The notes below the pieces were generated by a model that was not told the DNA's origin, ran no database searches, and worked only from the letters and a program-made list of their open reading frames with translations. Shown here piece after piece: positions 1 through 10,652 of a DNA stretch of 62,197 bases. Both the position numbers and the translations under genes were made by a program. Origin of the DNA: an uncultured Clostridia bacterium (GTDB taxonomy: Bacteria > CAYTYR01 > UBA6262); NCBI GenBank assembly GCA_964441745.1, contig CAYTYR010000014.1, positions 1-62,197 of the forward strand, in the 5' to 3' direction. Positions within the stretch are counted from its first letter, which is position 1; every line of letters begins with the position of its first letter.

Positions 1-41
1 CAAAATTCAAATATCCAAGCTTCCAGTTTAGTATTTCGATA

Positions 42-860
42 TTAGGATTTCGGATTTGTTTCCACTATTGGTTTTATTACCACATTTTTAAAACGCAAGT
101 CAATATATTGTAGCGAGGTTCCTTTATTCTCTACGTCATTCCGCACCTGCCGCAACCGGCGAATATTTTCTCCGATCATTTTAGTGTCCGGCTCTCCCCA
201 ATATAAAGTCAAGCCACTGCTTAACTGTACAATCAATCCTTTAGCCGTATCCATCGTAAAGCTGGCTGATTCCTGAAAAAGATCCAACCCCTGCTGGCGC
301 AGAGAAAACAGAAAATTAATAACCGCGGGTAGTCGGGTATCATTAATGGGTAATCCAGCCAGGACCGGTAAAGGTATAGGATGCATTAATGGATTCTTAA
401 TCGCCGGCGCTTCAGGATCCAGCAAATATTCCTTTCCCTGATCTATAATTTTCACCAGAGGATCACATTCTTGTATCTGTATAACCAGGACGCTGGGCCA
501 TTTACGGATGATTTGGGCTTTTTTGATCAACGGATTACCTTTGAGCCGTGTTTCGATATCTTCCAGCGGCAAGGTAAAGATATTAGCTCCGCCGGGGATA
601 TTGGCCAGGCGCAGTATCTCAGACTGTGGCAAATATTTAAGATTTTTTATTTCTATCCTGGTTAGTACGCAGCGCTGGCTGTTGGTCAGGTTATAAAATA
701 ATTTTTGGCAGCCATACCATCCTGCTACCAGCAGAATAACTAAGGCCCCAATACTTAAGGCGCTTTTTTTGATCTTATTATTAAACTGTAAAGTCTGTTT
801 ACGGCGTTTTTTTACGCGGGTATTCCATTTTCTTTTTTTCCCGATTCTTTTTGCAGGCAT
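42..860 (-). CDS. ftsQ: Cell division protein FtsQ/DivIB
   Basis: Basic N-terminus, one TM helix, POTRA-like segment (NPLIKKAQIIRKWPSVLVIQIQE), C-terminal YIDLRF; follows ddl. ATG at 860 with SD preferred over TTG 875. Confidence 0.88.
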   Translation of the reverse strand: MPAKRIGKKRKWNTRVKKRRKQTLQFNNKIKKSALSIGALVILLVAGWYGCQKLFYNLTNSQRCVLTRIEIKNLKYLPQSEILRLANIPGGANIFTLPLEDIETRLKGNPLIKKAQIIRKWPSVLVIQIQECDPLVKIIDQGKEYLLDPEAPAIKNPLMHPIPLPVLAGLPINDTRLPAVINFLFSLRQQGLDLFQESASFTMDTAKGLIVQLSSGLTLYWGEPDTKMIGENIRRLRQVRNDVENKGTSLQYIDLRFKNVVIKPIVETNPKS

Positions 861-882
861 GTACCTTGCTCCCAAGAAATCT

Positions 883-1797
883 TTATTTACCTAATCCTGC
901 ATCCTGCGCTATAGCCAGGACCAATTCATTAAAACTATAGCCAGCGGCTTTGGCCGCGTCAGGCAATAAACTTGTTTCAGTCATGCCGGGGATAGTATTC
1001 ACCTCCAGGACAAATAGCCTGTTTTGCCGGTCCAGGATCATATCCACCCTGGTGGCTCCGCGGCAACCCAGGGCTTCGTGCGCGGCTACTCCTAAAAGCC
1101 TGGCTTTTTTCTCCAAAGCTGCGGAAATACCTGCCGGTATCAGATGCTGGCTGCCGCCGGGAGCATATTTAGACTCAAAATCGTAAAATTTGTTTTGCGG
1201 GATGATCCTGATCACCGGGAGTGCCTTGTTATTCAATACACCGACGGTCAATTCTATGCCGGCGATATACTGTTCGATCATGGTTTTATCATCATAACGG
1301 AAGCTCTGCCGCAGGGCCTGGGACAACTGGGCCGGCTGATCGATAATACTAACGCCGACAGCTGAACCCTGACAGACAGGTTTTACCACGACCGGGTATT
1401 TTTGTATTTTCGGGGTTTGTCCTTTTTTCATTACTCGCCAGGCAGGAGTAAGGATCTTATAAGCGAGGAACACTTCCTTGGTTTTTTCTTTATCCATGGC
1501 CAGGGCACTGGCCAATACTCCGCTCGAGGTATAGGGGATGCCCAGTACTTCCAATAATCCCTGGATCGTACCGTCTTCTCCCAGCGGTCCGTGCAAGGCA
1601 ATAAAAGCCAGATCGATCTTCTGCTTCTTTAAGTCAGCAACAATATTCCTGCCAACGTCAATAGCGACTGCCTGATATCCTTCTTCTTTTAAAGCCTTAT
1701 AGATTGACCGGCCGGTCCTTAAAGAAATTTCCCGCTCACTGGAGGCGCCACCCATCAGCACACCGATTGTTTTATGTTTCAATGTTCCTGACTTCAC
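883..1797 (-). CDS. ddl: D-alanine--D-alanine ligase
   Basis: GGASSEREIS, LHGPLGEDG and LEVNTIPGMT motifs; GGAGG SD. Confidence 0.97.
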   Translation of the reverse strand: MKSGTLKHKTIGVLMGGASSEREISLRTGRSIYKALKEEGYQAVAIDVGRNIVADLKKQKIDLAFIALHGPLGEDGTIQGLLEVLGIPYTSSGVLASALAMDKEKTKEVFLAYKILTPAWRVMKKGQTPKIQKYPVVVKPVCQGSAVGVSIIDQPAQLSQALRQSFRYDDKTMIEQYIAGIELTVGVLNNKALPVIRIIPQNKFYDFESKYAPGGSQHLIPAGISAALEKKARLLGVAAHEALGCRGATRVDMILDRQNRLFVLEVNTIPGMTETSLLPDAAKAAGYSFNELVLAIAQDAGLGK

Positions 1798-1847
1798 TTT
1801 TTTACCTCCAGGCTTACCACTCTATCACTTTACCACTTTATTACTTC

Positions 1848-2693
1848 TTACTTAAACTCGCCCCAGGTTTTTATTTCCAGCTCGAGGGTTATGCCGCTTG
1901 TTTTCTGTACGGTCTTGATGATCAGGTTGATCAGGCGCCAAACATCTTTGGCTTTAGCCCGGCCATCCTTATTTAATATAAAATTCCCATGCTTGGCGGA
2001 AACTATTGCCCCGCCGCTAGTCTTTCCCTTTAAGCCGGCAAAATCAATAAGTGCCCCGGCGCTCTGGCCGGAAGGATTTTTAAAAACACACCCGGCTGAA
2101 TACCCCCTGGGCTGATTGCCGCGCAGCTGTCGGTATTTGTCTGTATTTTTATTTATAACATGTTTAGAACTTTTATGTAAAGCCAATTCCACTTTAGTGA
2201 TAATAAAAATGTCGCCAATATTTGAGCCACGATAGCTAAAGAACAATTTTTCAACTGGTAAATGCTCAAAATGGCCTAGGCCGGAGATACCAGACACGCT
2301 TTTGATAATATTAGAAAGGTTCTTACCCTTGGTCCCGGCATTACCTTTCACTGCTCCGCCGATAGTGCCAGGTATGCCCCAGAGAAATTCAGCCCCGGAT
2401 AGATTATTAGCGCGGCAATATGATAATAGTTTGGGGATCGTCACTGCCCCGCCGACGGTCAAAGTATTGCCTTTCTTTTCTATCTTGGCGAATCCTGGCC
2501 CCAGTTTAATAACCGCGCCTTTCAGGACCTTATCGTGCACCAGGATATTTGAACCATTACCTAAGATGTAATATTTTATTTGCTGCCGGCGGATCTCAGC
2601 CAGTTTTTCTTGCAGCTCCTGGAGTGAATTAACAACAAAATAATATTGCGCTTTCCCGCCGAGATGGAACGTAGTTAGGTTTTTCAACTCCAT
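1848..2693 (-). CDS. murB: UDP-N-acetylenolpyruvoylglucosamine reductase
   Basis: LGNGSNIL, GIPGTIGGA, SAGCVFKNP, KHGNFI motifs. Confidence 0.95.
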   Translation of the reverse strand: MELKNLTTFHLGGKAQYYFVVNSLQELQEKLAEIRRQQIKYYILGNGSNILVHDKVLKGAVIKLGPGFAKIEKKGNTLTVGGAVTIPKLLSYCRANNLSGAEFLWGIPGTIGGAVKGNAGTKGKNLSNIIKSVSGISGLGHFEHLPVEKLFFSYRGSNIGDIFIITKVELALHKSSKHVINKNTDKYRQLRGNQPRGYSAGCVFKNPSGQSAGALIDFAGLKGKTSGGAIVSAKHGNFILNKDGRAKAKDVWRLINLIIKTVQKTSGITLELEIKTWGEFK

Positions 2694-2713
2694 AGGTTAT
2701 CCTAAAAAAAGAT

Positions 2714-2815
2714 GGTTATAGGTAAAGGTTGTAGAGATAGGTATAGAAGTATGTCTAAAGTTTGTGGTTTAGAGACTAACACCCACAGACCTTAGACCAA
2801 ACTTACCTCTAAAAC
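2714..2815. repeat. Dispersed ~100-bp hexamer-periodic intergenic repeat (family D), copy 1
   Basis: Reverse complement aligns closely with 31217-31328 (GTAAGTTTGGTCT..CTCTAAACCACAA..TCTACAACC). Confidence 0.8.
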
Positions 2816-4222
2816 TTACACCTTAGTACTATTTCTCGAAGCACTGGCTAGCCGCTCTAAAAGCTCTTCCCCGATTTTCCAGACATCTCCTGCCCCCAGG
2901 GTCAGTACCAAATCCCCTGGCTTGCTGTTGGCAGCTAAGAAATCCACTACTTCTTTCCTGCCAGGCAGATGCTGTGCCCGTTCATTGCTATTGTTTTTAA
3001 TCTTATCGATCAGAAGTTGGGCATCAATGCCGGGAATGAATTTTTCTCCGGCAGAATAGATATCCAAAATAAAAAGCTCATCCGCTTGTCCAAAAACCTT
3101 GCCGAATTCTTCAGCCAGCAATTTGGTCCTGGAAAACCGATGCGGCTGGAAAACGACAATGAGACGCCCTTTCCAATACCGTTTAACCGCGTCCAGAGTG
3201 GCCCTGATCTCAGTCGGATGATGTCCATAATCATCCATGACCACGGTTTTGTTAATCTCTCCCTTTAACTGCAGCCGCCTGACTACTCCCCTGAACTCAC
3301 CCAACCCCTCCCTGATCACGTCAAACGGGATATCCAATTCCAGGCCAACGCCAATAGCTGCCAGGGCATTATAAACATTATGGAGTCCAGGCACTTGCAG
3401 TTTAATTTGGCCCAAGGGGTTTTCATTATAGGTCACGTCGAATTGGGTGCCAAATCCGGTAAACTCTATAGCCTGCGCGATCAGGTCGTGATTACTCATC
3501 TGGTTGACTGCCAGGCCATAAGTAATATACCGGCGCTTTATTTGGGCAATGATTTGCCGCACGCCAGGATCATCACCGCATACTATGGTACTGCCGTAAA
3601 ATGGCACTTTATTGGCAAAATCGATAAAACCCTGATGTAAATTTTCAATGGATTTCCAGTAATCAAGATGGTCATTATCAATATTGGTGATCACGCCGAT
3701 GGTCGGAGTAAGTTTCAGGAAAGAACCGTCGCTTTCATCTGCTTCCGCTACCAGGTAATCCCCCTGACCCAGTTTGGCATGGCTCCCGATATTATTCAAT
3801 TTACCGCCAATAATGGCAGTCGGATCCAATCCACCTTTGGCCAGAACCAGGGCTACCAATGAGGTAGTCGTTGTTTTTCCGTGGGTGCCAGCTATGGCCA
3901 CGCCATATTTAAGCCGCATGAGCTCGGCCAGCATTTCAATTCTTGGTATGACCGGTATCTTATCACTGATCGCGGCAGTCACTTCGACATTAATAGTATC
4001 AATGGCCGTGGACACTACCACAACATCGGCATTTTTAACATTTGATTCCCGGTGACCAATAAATACTTCACCACCCAGCGCCTTAAGCCGGTTAATAGTT
4101 TCTGTTTCTTTGAGGTCAGAGCCTGAGACTTTGTATCCCAGATTGAGTAATACTTCCGCTATGCCGCTCATTCCTGAACCGCCGATACCGACAAAGTGAA
4201 TATGCTGGAACTTTTTAAACAT
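2816..4222 (-). CDS. murC: UDP-N-acetylmuramate--L-alanine ligase
   Basis: HIHFVGIGGSGMSG, GTHGKTTT, EADESDG, DDYGHHPTE; ATG at 4222 chosen as start. Confidence 0.97.
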   Translation of the reverse strand: MFKKFQHIHFVGIGGSGMSGIAEVLLNLGYKVSGSDLKETETINRLKALGGEVFIGHRESNVKNADVVVVSTAIDTINVEVTAAISDKIPVIPRIEMLAELMRLKYGVAIAGTHGKTTTTSLVALVLAKGGLDPTAIIGGKLNNIGSHAKLGQGDYLVAEADESDGSFLKLTPTIGVITNIDNDHLDYWKSIENLHQGFIDFANKVPFYGSTIVCGDDPGVRQIIAQIKRRYITYGLAVNQMSNHDLIAQAIEFTGFGTQFDVTYNENPLGQIKLQVPGLHNVYNALAAIGVGLELDIPFDVIREGLGEFRGVVRRLQLKGEINKTVVMDDYGHHPTEIRATLDAVKRYWKGRLIVVFQPHRFSRTKLLAEEFGKVFGQADELFILDIYSAGEKFIPGIDAQLLIDKIKNNSNERAQHLPGRKEVVDFLAANSKPGDLVLTLGAGDVWKIGEELLERLASASRNSTKV

Positions 4223-4243
4223 GATTTCCCCGATTCTGGAATA

Positions 4244-4370
4244 CAAATTCTAATATCGAATATCTAAATACTAAACAAATCCAAATTTCAAATTTAAAAT
4301 ATCTTAGATCTAGCTTTTGTTTAGAATTTAGAACTTTGAATTTTATATTTGTTTAGGATTTCGAATTTAG
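4244..4370. repeat. Heptamer-periodic inverted-repeat hairpin (family A)
   Basis: AATATCGAATATCTAAATACTAAACAAATCCAAATTTCAAAT ... TTTGTTTAGAATTTAGAACTTTGAATTTT..TTAGGATTTCGAATTT; related copies at 1-58, 17083-17130, 22400-22445. Confidence 0.75.
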
Positions 4371-5432
4371 AGTTTCAGATATTACCTTTACTATATTTTC
4401 AGCTGCTTGCGGCTGAGCCATTTTCCTGGCGGCAGCCGACATATACTGCAAAACCGTCTCATTCTGGATTATTTCAATGATATGACTGGCTAACAATTCG
4501 CCGCTGAGGTCCTGGTCCAGGACCAACCTGGCTGCTCCGGCCTTGACCAGCACATCAGCGTTGATCCGCTGGTGATCTTCCGCGGCAAAGGGATATGGTA
4601 TTAATATTGAAGGTAACCCGAAAAATGCCAATTCAGACAAGGTCGCCGCCCCGGCTCTGGCTACTACCAGGCTGGCTTTCTTATAAGCCTCTTGCATATC
4701 GTGCAGATAATCAGCCAGCATAACATCAAAATTTCTCTCCCGATAGCCGTTTTCCACCAAAGGCAGGTCCTTTACTCCAGCCAGATGAGTGATCGTCACT
4801 TTTGAACGCACTATTTCCAGCCGGTCCAAAGCGGCAATCATCGCCAGATTGAGACTATGCGCACCCTGACTGCCGCCAAATACTAATATATTTTTTACAG
4901 CTTGAGAAGTTGCGTTCCGCTGCGCAGAAATCAGCTCCGGCCGTAACGGATTACCGGTAAAGACAATTTTCGGCTTATATTTTTCTAAATATTTAACAGA
5001 CTCATTAAAACTGATACAAATTTTTACGGCCTTCTTGGCCAGAAACCTGGTGGCTTTCCCCGGCAGGCAATTCTGTTCATGTAAAACAACTGGAATATTT
5101 TTGCGCCGGCCAGCCAAAGCGATGGGCAAGGAAAGATAATTTCCTAAAGTCAGGATTACCTCTGGTTTAAATCTGGCCAGGATCTTGCGGGCTTCATTAA
5201 AGCCCCGGAGAAATTGCCAGCCGAATTTAAATACGCCGCTGATGCTTTTTTTCAAACCGATCCCGGCAATGGCAGCGAACTCCAATTGATACTTATTAAC
5301 TATTTGTTTTTCCATATCTTTATCACGAATTACCATTAAAACGTGATGATTCTGCTCTTTTAATTTTTTAGCAACGCTGACTCCCGGGTATAAGTGACCA
5401 CCGGTACCTCCAGCTACAATCAAAATCTTCAT
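4353..5432 (-). CDS. murG: Undecaprenyl-PP-MurNAc-pentapeptide GlcNAc transferase
   Basis: GGTGGHLYP, HEQN, GNPLR, GGSQGA, HQRINA motifs. Confidence 0.97.
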   Translation of the reverse strand: MKILIVAGGTGGHLYPGVSVAKKLKEQNHHVLMVIRDKDMEKQIVNKYQLEFAAIAGIGLKKSISGVFKFGWQFLRGFNEARKILARFKPEVILTLGNYLSLPIALAGRRKNIPVVLHEQNCLPGKATRFLAKKAVKICISFNESVKYLEKYKPKIVFTGNPLRPELISAQRNATSQAVKNILVFGGSQGAHSLNLAMIAALDRLEIVRSKVTITHLAGVKDLPLVENGYRERNFDVMLADYLHDMQEAYKKASLVVARAGAATLSELAFFGLPSILIPYPFAAEDHQRINADVLVKAGAARLVLDQDLSGELLASHIIEIIQNETVLQYMSAAARKMAQPQAAENIVKVISETLNSKS

Positions 5433-5449
5433 GGAAAAACCTTCTTGGG

Positions 5450-5528
5450 GCGTTTAGCGTTAAGCGTTTAGCGTATAATGAATATTCTTTCGGTTTTTCT
5501 ATACGCTACCCGCTATCCGCTTTACGCT
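5450..5528. repeat. Heptamer-periodic inverted-repeat hairpin (family C, GCGTTTA/TATACGC)
   Basis: GCGTTTAGCGTTAAGCGTTTAGCGTATA ... TATACGCTACCCGCTATCCGCT; related arms at 18439-18470, 47180-47208, 32522-32591. Confidence 0.75.
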
Positions 5529-6637
5529 GATTTACTCACTGTTTGTCGTGATATATTCAATAGGATACCGATGCTGGCCAAGGTAAAAGCCAGGTTAGAA
5601 CCGCCATAACTGACTAAGGGCAAGGGCAATCCCTTGGTCGGGAATAAGGAGCAGGCCACCCCGATATTAATAAGCGCCTGTAAAACTATGATCAGGGTAA
5701 TCCCGCCAGCCAACATACTGCCAAAAAGGTCAGGAGCATGAAAGGAGATTTTCAGGCCGCGCCAGGCAAAGATAAAGAATAGCACAACCACGCTTAAAGC
5801 CCCGATGAATCCCAGCTCTTCACCAATAATAGGAAAAATAAAATCTGTGTGGGCTGCCGGCAAATAGAGCAATTTTTGTTTGCTGTTACCCAGGCCCACT
5901 CCCAGCAGCCCACCCGAACCAAGAGCGATCAGGGACTGGATTATTTGGTAGCCCGCATTCCGCGGATCTGACCAGGGATTAAGAAATACGGTGAGACGCC
6001 GCATACGGTAAGGCCTGCTCATCGCTAAATATGCCAGGAACGGCACACCCATCATTAACAAGCTGCCCAGATACCAGGCGCTTAATCCTCCGATAAAAAG
6101 CATGGCCAGACAAACAGCACCCAGGGTAACGCTGGTTCCCATATCCGGCTCGCTCAGGATCAGGCCGCAGACCAGGGCAATTACCGCCATGACCGGGATT
6201 ACCCCTTTCATTACTTTACTTATTTTACTTTGTTTACGGTCCAGATAATCCGCAATATAAATAAGCAGGCTGATCTTCGCCAATTCTGATGGCTGAAAGC
6301 TGATCGGACCGAGTCTGATCCAGCGTTTGGCCCCTCCTACTTCCTTGCCAAATAGGTCTGTCAGCGCCAGGACCAGTAAAACCACGGAAATAGAGATCAG
6401 TACTCGTGAATAACGCTGTAGATAATGGTAATCGGTTTTCATTAGAATAATACAGGCAGCAACTCCAACCACAGCCCAGAGCAGCTGCTTCTGGAAAAAA
6501 TACCAGCTATTATTATATTGTTGGGACGCAAAAATAGCGCTGGATGAATAGATCATCATCAGCCCAAAAACGACCAAGGCCATAGTCACGCCAAACATAT
6601 TTAAATCCGGATGATTTAACTGATGGATCTGACGCAT
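5522..6637 (-). CDS. ftsW: SEDS peptidoglycan polymerase FtsW
   Basis: GAKRWI, FQPSELAK, HTDFIF, EELG, LPLVSYGGS motifs; lies between murD and murG. Confidence 0.96.
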   Translation of the reverse strand: MRQIHQLNHPDLNMFGVTMALVVFGLMMIYSSSAIFASQQYNNSWYFFQKQLLWAVVGVAACIILMKTDYHYLQRYSRVLISISVVLLVLALTDLFGKEVGGAKRWIRLGPISFQPSELAKISLLIYIADYLDRKQSKISKVMKGVIPVMAVIALVCGLILSEPDMGTSVTLGAVCLAMLFIGGLSAWYLGSLLMMGVPFLAYLAMSRPYRMRRLTVFLNPWSDPRNAGYQIIQSLIALGSGGLLGVGLGNSKQKLLYLPAAHTDFIFPIIGEELGFIGALSVVVLFFIFAWRGLKISFHAPDLFGSMLAGGITLIIVLQALINIGVACSLFPTKGLPLPLVSYGGSNLAFTLASIGILLNISRQTVSKSA

Positions 6638-6739
6638 AGAAAGCCCAGCGAATTACACGAATGAAAAGATGCTAATCTCACGAATATCTTATTCGAGGTA
6701 TTCGCTATCCTGCCTATCGGCAGGCAGGCATTCGTGCTA

Positions 6740-8092
6740 TTAGCTAAGTTTTTTTACCTCCTCTTTGAAAATCCGGCCGCGTTCTTCATAATTGCGGAAC
6801 ATGTCAAAACTGGCGCAAGCAGGAGATAATAGCACCGTATCTCCGGGACAAGCCAGCTGTTCTCCTAATTGTACTGCCTCAGCCAGGTTTTTTACCGTAT
6901 AAGTCCTGGTTAAAGACCCCAGTTCTTTTTTTATTTTGTTTTTAGCTTCTCCCAGGACAATAAGGGCTTTTACTTTACGCCGAACCAGCTTGGCCAAGGG
7001 CCGGTATGGGCTGCCTTTATCCCGTCCACCGGCGATCAAGATTATATTACCTTTAAAACTTTCCAGAGCTTTGACGACAGAGTCAACATTGGTAGCTTTT
7101 GAATCATTGATATAATGGACGCCATTAACTATTTTTACCGGCTCTAGCCTGTGTTCTACGCCTGGGAAAGTTCTTAATGTTTTTCTCATGCTCGTCAAAG
7201 GGATATTGCCAAGAATACCGCAGGCAATCGCAGCCAGGGCGTTTTCCAAATTATGCGGTCCGGGTATGCCTAATTCACTTGTCTTGATTATTTTCTGTTG
7301 TTTCCCACCCAGCCTGGCCAAGATAGCATCATCCTTGACAAATACGCCTGTTTTTAATATCTTTTTACGAGAGAAAAATACTACCCGCGCTTTAACCTGA
7401 GCGGCGCTTTTCCGGCTAACCGGATCGTCATAATTTATAACCGCATAATCGCTATGTTCCTGGTTGCGGTAAATTTGTTTTTTGGCCTGGGCGTAAGCGG
7501 CAAACCCAGGATAACGGTCCAGATGGTCTGGAGTAATATTTAGCATCACGGAAACATGCGGACGGAAATTAACTATATTTTCCAACTGGAAACTGCTAAT
7601 CTCGGCAATTACCATCGAGCGCTGATCAGTTTTCCCCACGATAGCCGAAATGGGCAAGCCAATGTTGCCGCAGACCAGGGCATCACGCCCTCCCTGGCGG
7701 AAGATCTCGCCAATTAAGCTGGTAGTTGTAGTTTTGCCATTAGTGCCGGTAATCCCGATAACCGGGCAAGATAGGTAAGTATAAGCGGCTTCTATTTCAC
7801 TTAAGACAGGAATATTATTTTGCCGGGCTTTTTGCAGAATCGGCAGGTCAGAACGGATACCGGGAGAAATAATTACATAGTCAGTGCCTGTCAGCAAGGA
7901 TAAGGGATGTCCGCCGGACTTAACCACGGCCCCTTTTCCCTGCAGCAAGGTTAGTTCTTTTTTGGGCAAAGTTTTGGCGCCATTGTCGTTAATAGTAATA
8001 TGAGCGCCGTTTTTTAATAATAACTCGGCGCACGCCAAACCACTGCGGGCCGCACCTAATATTAAAACTCTTTTGCCGCTGAAAGCAAACAC
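6740..8092 (-). CDS. murD: UDP-MurNAc-L-Ala--D-glutamate ligase
   Basis: GTNGKTTT, EISSFQL, NDSKATN, LSPACASFD motifs. Confidence 0.97.
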   Translation of the reverse strand: MFAFSGKRVLILGAARSGLACAELLLKNGAHITINDNGAKTLPKKELTLLQGKGAVVKSGGHPLSLLTGTDYVIISPGIRSDLPILQKARQNNIPVLSEIEAAYTYLSCPVIGITGTNGKTTTTSLIGEIFRQGGRDALVCGNIGLPISAIVGKTDQRSMVIAEISSFQLENIVNFRPHVSVMLNITPDHLDRYPGFAAYAQAKKQIYRNQEHSDYAVINYDDPVSRKSAAQVKARVVFFSRKKILKTGVFVKDDAILARLGGKQQKIIKTSELGIPGPHNLENALAAIACGILGNIPLTSMRKTLRTFPGVEHRLEPVKIVNGVHYINDSKATNVDSVVKALESFKGNIILIAGGRDKGSPYRPLAKLVRRKVKALIVLGEAKNKIKKELGSLTRTYTVKNLAEAVQLGEQLACPGDTVLLSPACASFDMFRNYEERGRIFKEEVKKLS

Positions 8093-8159
8093 GTATATAT
8101 CCTTAAGACACGAATAAAAGCCGAATAAAAACCTGCGAATGGCTCGAATAAAGACTATT

Positions 8160-9239
8160 TTATCTTAATTTTAAGGTAGCAATAGCCAGGAAAGCCAGGA
8201 CAATGCCGACAATCCAGAACCTAACCACTACTTTCGATTCAGACCAGCCTTTTAACTCAAAGTGATGATGGATCGGGGCCATTTTAAAGATACGTTTGCC
8301 CCGCAACCGGAATGAACCAACCTGCAGGATAACGGACAATGCTTCGATCACGAAAATACCGCCAACCAAAGCCAGCAGCACTTCATGTTTGATGCATACT
8401 GCCACCACACCCAAAGTCCCACCCAGAAAGAGCGACCCAGTATCCCCCATGAAAATCTCGGCTGGATAAGAATTGTACCAAAGAAAACCCAGTCCAGCGC
8501 CGATCATGGCCGCCAATAACACGGCCAGCTCTCCGGTACCCGGAGCATAAATGATTCTCAGGTATGAAGCAAATTTAAAGTTACCGGCGACATAGGTGAG
8601 GGCCGCATACGTTAAGGCGGCAAAGATAATATTGCCGATAGCTAATCCATCCAGCCCATCAGTAAGATTAACGGCATTAGAAGCGCCGACGATCATCAGG
8701 ACCACAAAAGGGATATAAAAAATGCCCAGATCAAGCATTTTAATCAAGGGCACATTTACTTTAGTCGTATAAAATGAATTCACCGGGAACAAGTAGAGGT
8801 AACAGGCCACGATCAAGGCCAGGATAATCTGTCCCAATAGTTTATAATTAGCAGATAAGCCGCGGGGATTTTTTTTCACCAGTTTAAGATAATCATCGTA
8901 GAAGCCCAGCAAACCCAGCCACAGCGCGGCAAAAATGCCAATAATAATAAAACGGTTATTAATGCGGGCCCACAACAGAGCGCTAAAGACCATGGAAACC
9001 AGGATAACGACCCCGCCCATAGTCGGAGTTCCTTCTTTCTTTAAGTGTGTTTGCGGCCCTTCGGTGCGGATATGCTGACCGATATGGAAAGTTCTTAACT
9101 TGCGGATAACTCCGGGAGTGATAAACAGGCTGATGATCAGAGCGGTTAAAGCTGCCCCGACCGCACGGAACGTGATATATTGGAAAACATTAAACGGGCT
9201 AAAAATATGATGCAACGGATAAAGGAGATGATAAAACAT
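8160..9239 (-). CDS. mraY: Phospho-MurNAc-pentapeptide transferase
   Basis: [36 protein letters not shown] motifs. Confidence 0.98.
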   Translation of the reverse strand: MFYHLLYPLHHIFSPFNVFQYITFRAVGAALTALIISLFITPGVIRKLRTFHIGQHIRTEGPQTHLKKEGTPTMGGVVILVSMVFSALLWARINNRFIIIGIFAALWLGLLGFYDDYLKLVKKNPRGLSANYKLLGQIILALIVACYLYLFPVNSFYTTKVNVPLIKMLDLGIFYIPFVVLMIVGASNAVNLTDGLDGLAIGNIIFAALTYAALTYVAGNFKFASYLRIIYAPGTGELAVLLAAMIGAGLGFLWYNSYPAEIFMGDTGSLFLGGTLGVVAVCIKHEVLLALVGGIFVIEALSVILQVGSFRLRGKRIFKMAPIHHHFELKGWSESKVVVRFWIVGIVLAFLAIATLKLR

Positions 9240-9247
9240 TTTAACCT

Positions 9248-10642
9248 CTAAGTATTAAGAATACCGGCTACTACTTTTTCCAGGTGCAGGCCATGGGAAG
9301 CTTTAAACAGCATCACGTCCCCGCGCTGCCTATTATCTTTCAGGGAACGGATCAATAATTGTTCTTCCCCGGGACTAAAACGATTTATTTTTTCTAAGGC
9401 AATTCCTGATTGCAGAGCTGCTTGGGCCAGGAGCTGGCTTTGTGGCCCTATTGTATATAGCATAGCGACGCCCAATTGTCCAATAATTTCCCCTATTTCC
9501 CAATGCTTTTTACTGCTTTCCTGGCCCAGTTCCAGCATATCCCCCAAGACAGCGATCTTACGCCTGCCGCAGCCGAAACTTTCCAGGGTATGCAAAGCGG
9601 CTTTCATGGAATCAGGATTAGCATTATAGCAGTCATCCAGGATAGTCAATCCATTTTTCTTTACCATTTTCATGCGGCCGGTAACTGCCTTGAATGAAGC
9701 TAAACCTTTTACGACATCCTGTAGCGGCAAACCCAGGGCCAAAGCAGCGCCGCTTGCAGCCAGTGCATTGTAAACATTATGTTTACCCAGGATATTAAGA
9801 ATCACCCGCTGTTGCTGCTTTCCTTTAATCAGGGTAAACAAAGTCTTATTTTTATCAGGCTGGCTGGTTATTTTTTTAGCTGAGATATTAGCTTGGTGCG
9901 CTACTCCGAAAGTCATTACCTGGCAGTTTATGCTTTTTACCTTTTTGCGGATCCAGGGATCGTCATTATTCAAGATAGCGATACCGTCTGGAGCGATATT
10001 TTTAATAAGTTCCATTTTTGCTTTTAAGACCGTAGGAAGATCTTTTAATCCCTGCAAGTGAGACTGGCCAATGCAAGTAATTACCCCAATAGTTGGTTTG
10101 GCTATCCTGGCTAAAATATCTATTTCACCGATAGCCGAAGTACCAAGCTCTACCACTGCCGCTTGATGCCCCTGCTTCAACTGCAGTAAGGTTATTGGTA
10201 CGCCAATTTGGTTGTTGAGATTACCAGGGGTAACCAAGATACTTAAACGCCGGGATAATATTTTTCCGATCATTTCTTTGGTGGTTGTTTTGCCATTGGA
10301 ACCAGTAACCGCAATTACGGGTATATCAAATTTATCGCGGTACACGCTGGCAATCTGCTGTAAGGCAGTTAATCCATTTTTGACCATAATAGCAAAGCGC
10401 AATTTGCGCAGTACTGCTGGCGCCGGTTTATTTTCACAGATCACTCCGGCTGCCCCTTTTTTCACTGCTTCTGCTAATAGTTCATTCGCATTGAAATGCG
10501 GTCCTTTTAGCGCCAGGAATGTATGGCCTTTTTTAATCGCCCGGGTATCTGTACAAATATCAGGCAAATAAAGAGCGGCATCTCCTTTGAGCAGAGTGCC
10601 GCCGGCAGCTTTTATTATTTCACCTAATGATATTTTTTCCAT
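9248..10642 (-). CDS. murF: UDP-MurNAc-tripeptide--D-Ala-D-Ala ligase
   Basis: [35 protein letters not shown] motifs. Confidence 0.97.
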   Translation of the reverse strand: MEKISLGEIIKAAGGTLLKGDAALYLPDICTDTRAIKKGHTFLALKGPHFNANELLAEAVKKGAAGVICENKPAPAVLRKLRFAIMVKNGLTALQQIASVYRDKFDIPVIAVTGSNGKTTTKEMIGKILSRRLSILVTPGNLNNQIGVPITLLQLKQGHQAAVVELGTSAIGEIDILARIAKPTIGVITCIGQSHLQGLKDLPTVLKAKMELIKNIAPDGIAILNNDDPWIRKKVKSINCQVMTFGVAHQANISAKKITSQPDKNKTLFTLIKGKQQQRVILNILGKHNVYNALAASGAALALGLPLQDVVKGLASFKAVTGRMKMVKKNGLTILDDCYNANPDSMKAALHTLESFGCGRRKIAVLGDMLELGQESSKKHWEIGEIIGQLGVAMLYTIGPQSQLLAQAALQSGIALEKINRFSPGEEQLLIRSLKDNRQRGDVMLFKASHGLHLEKVVAGILNT

Positions 10643-10652
10643 GCAATTATTC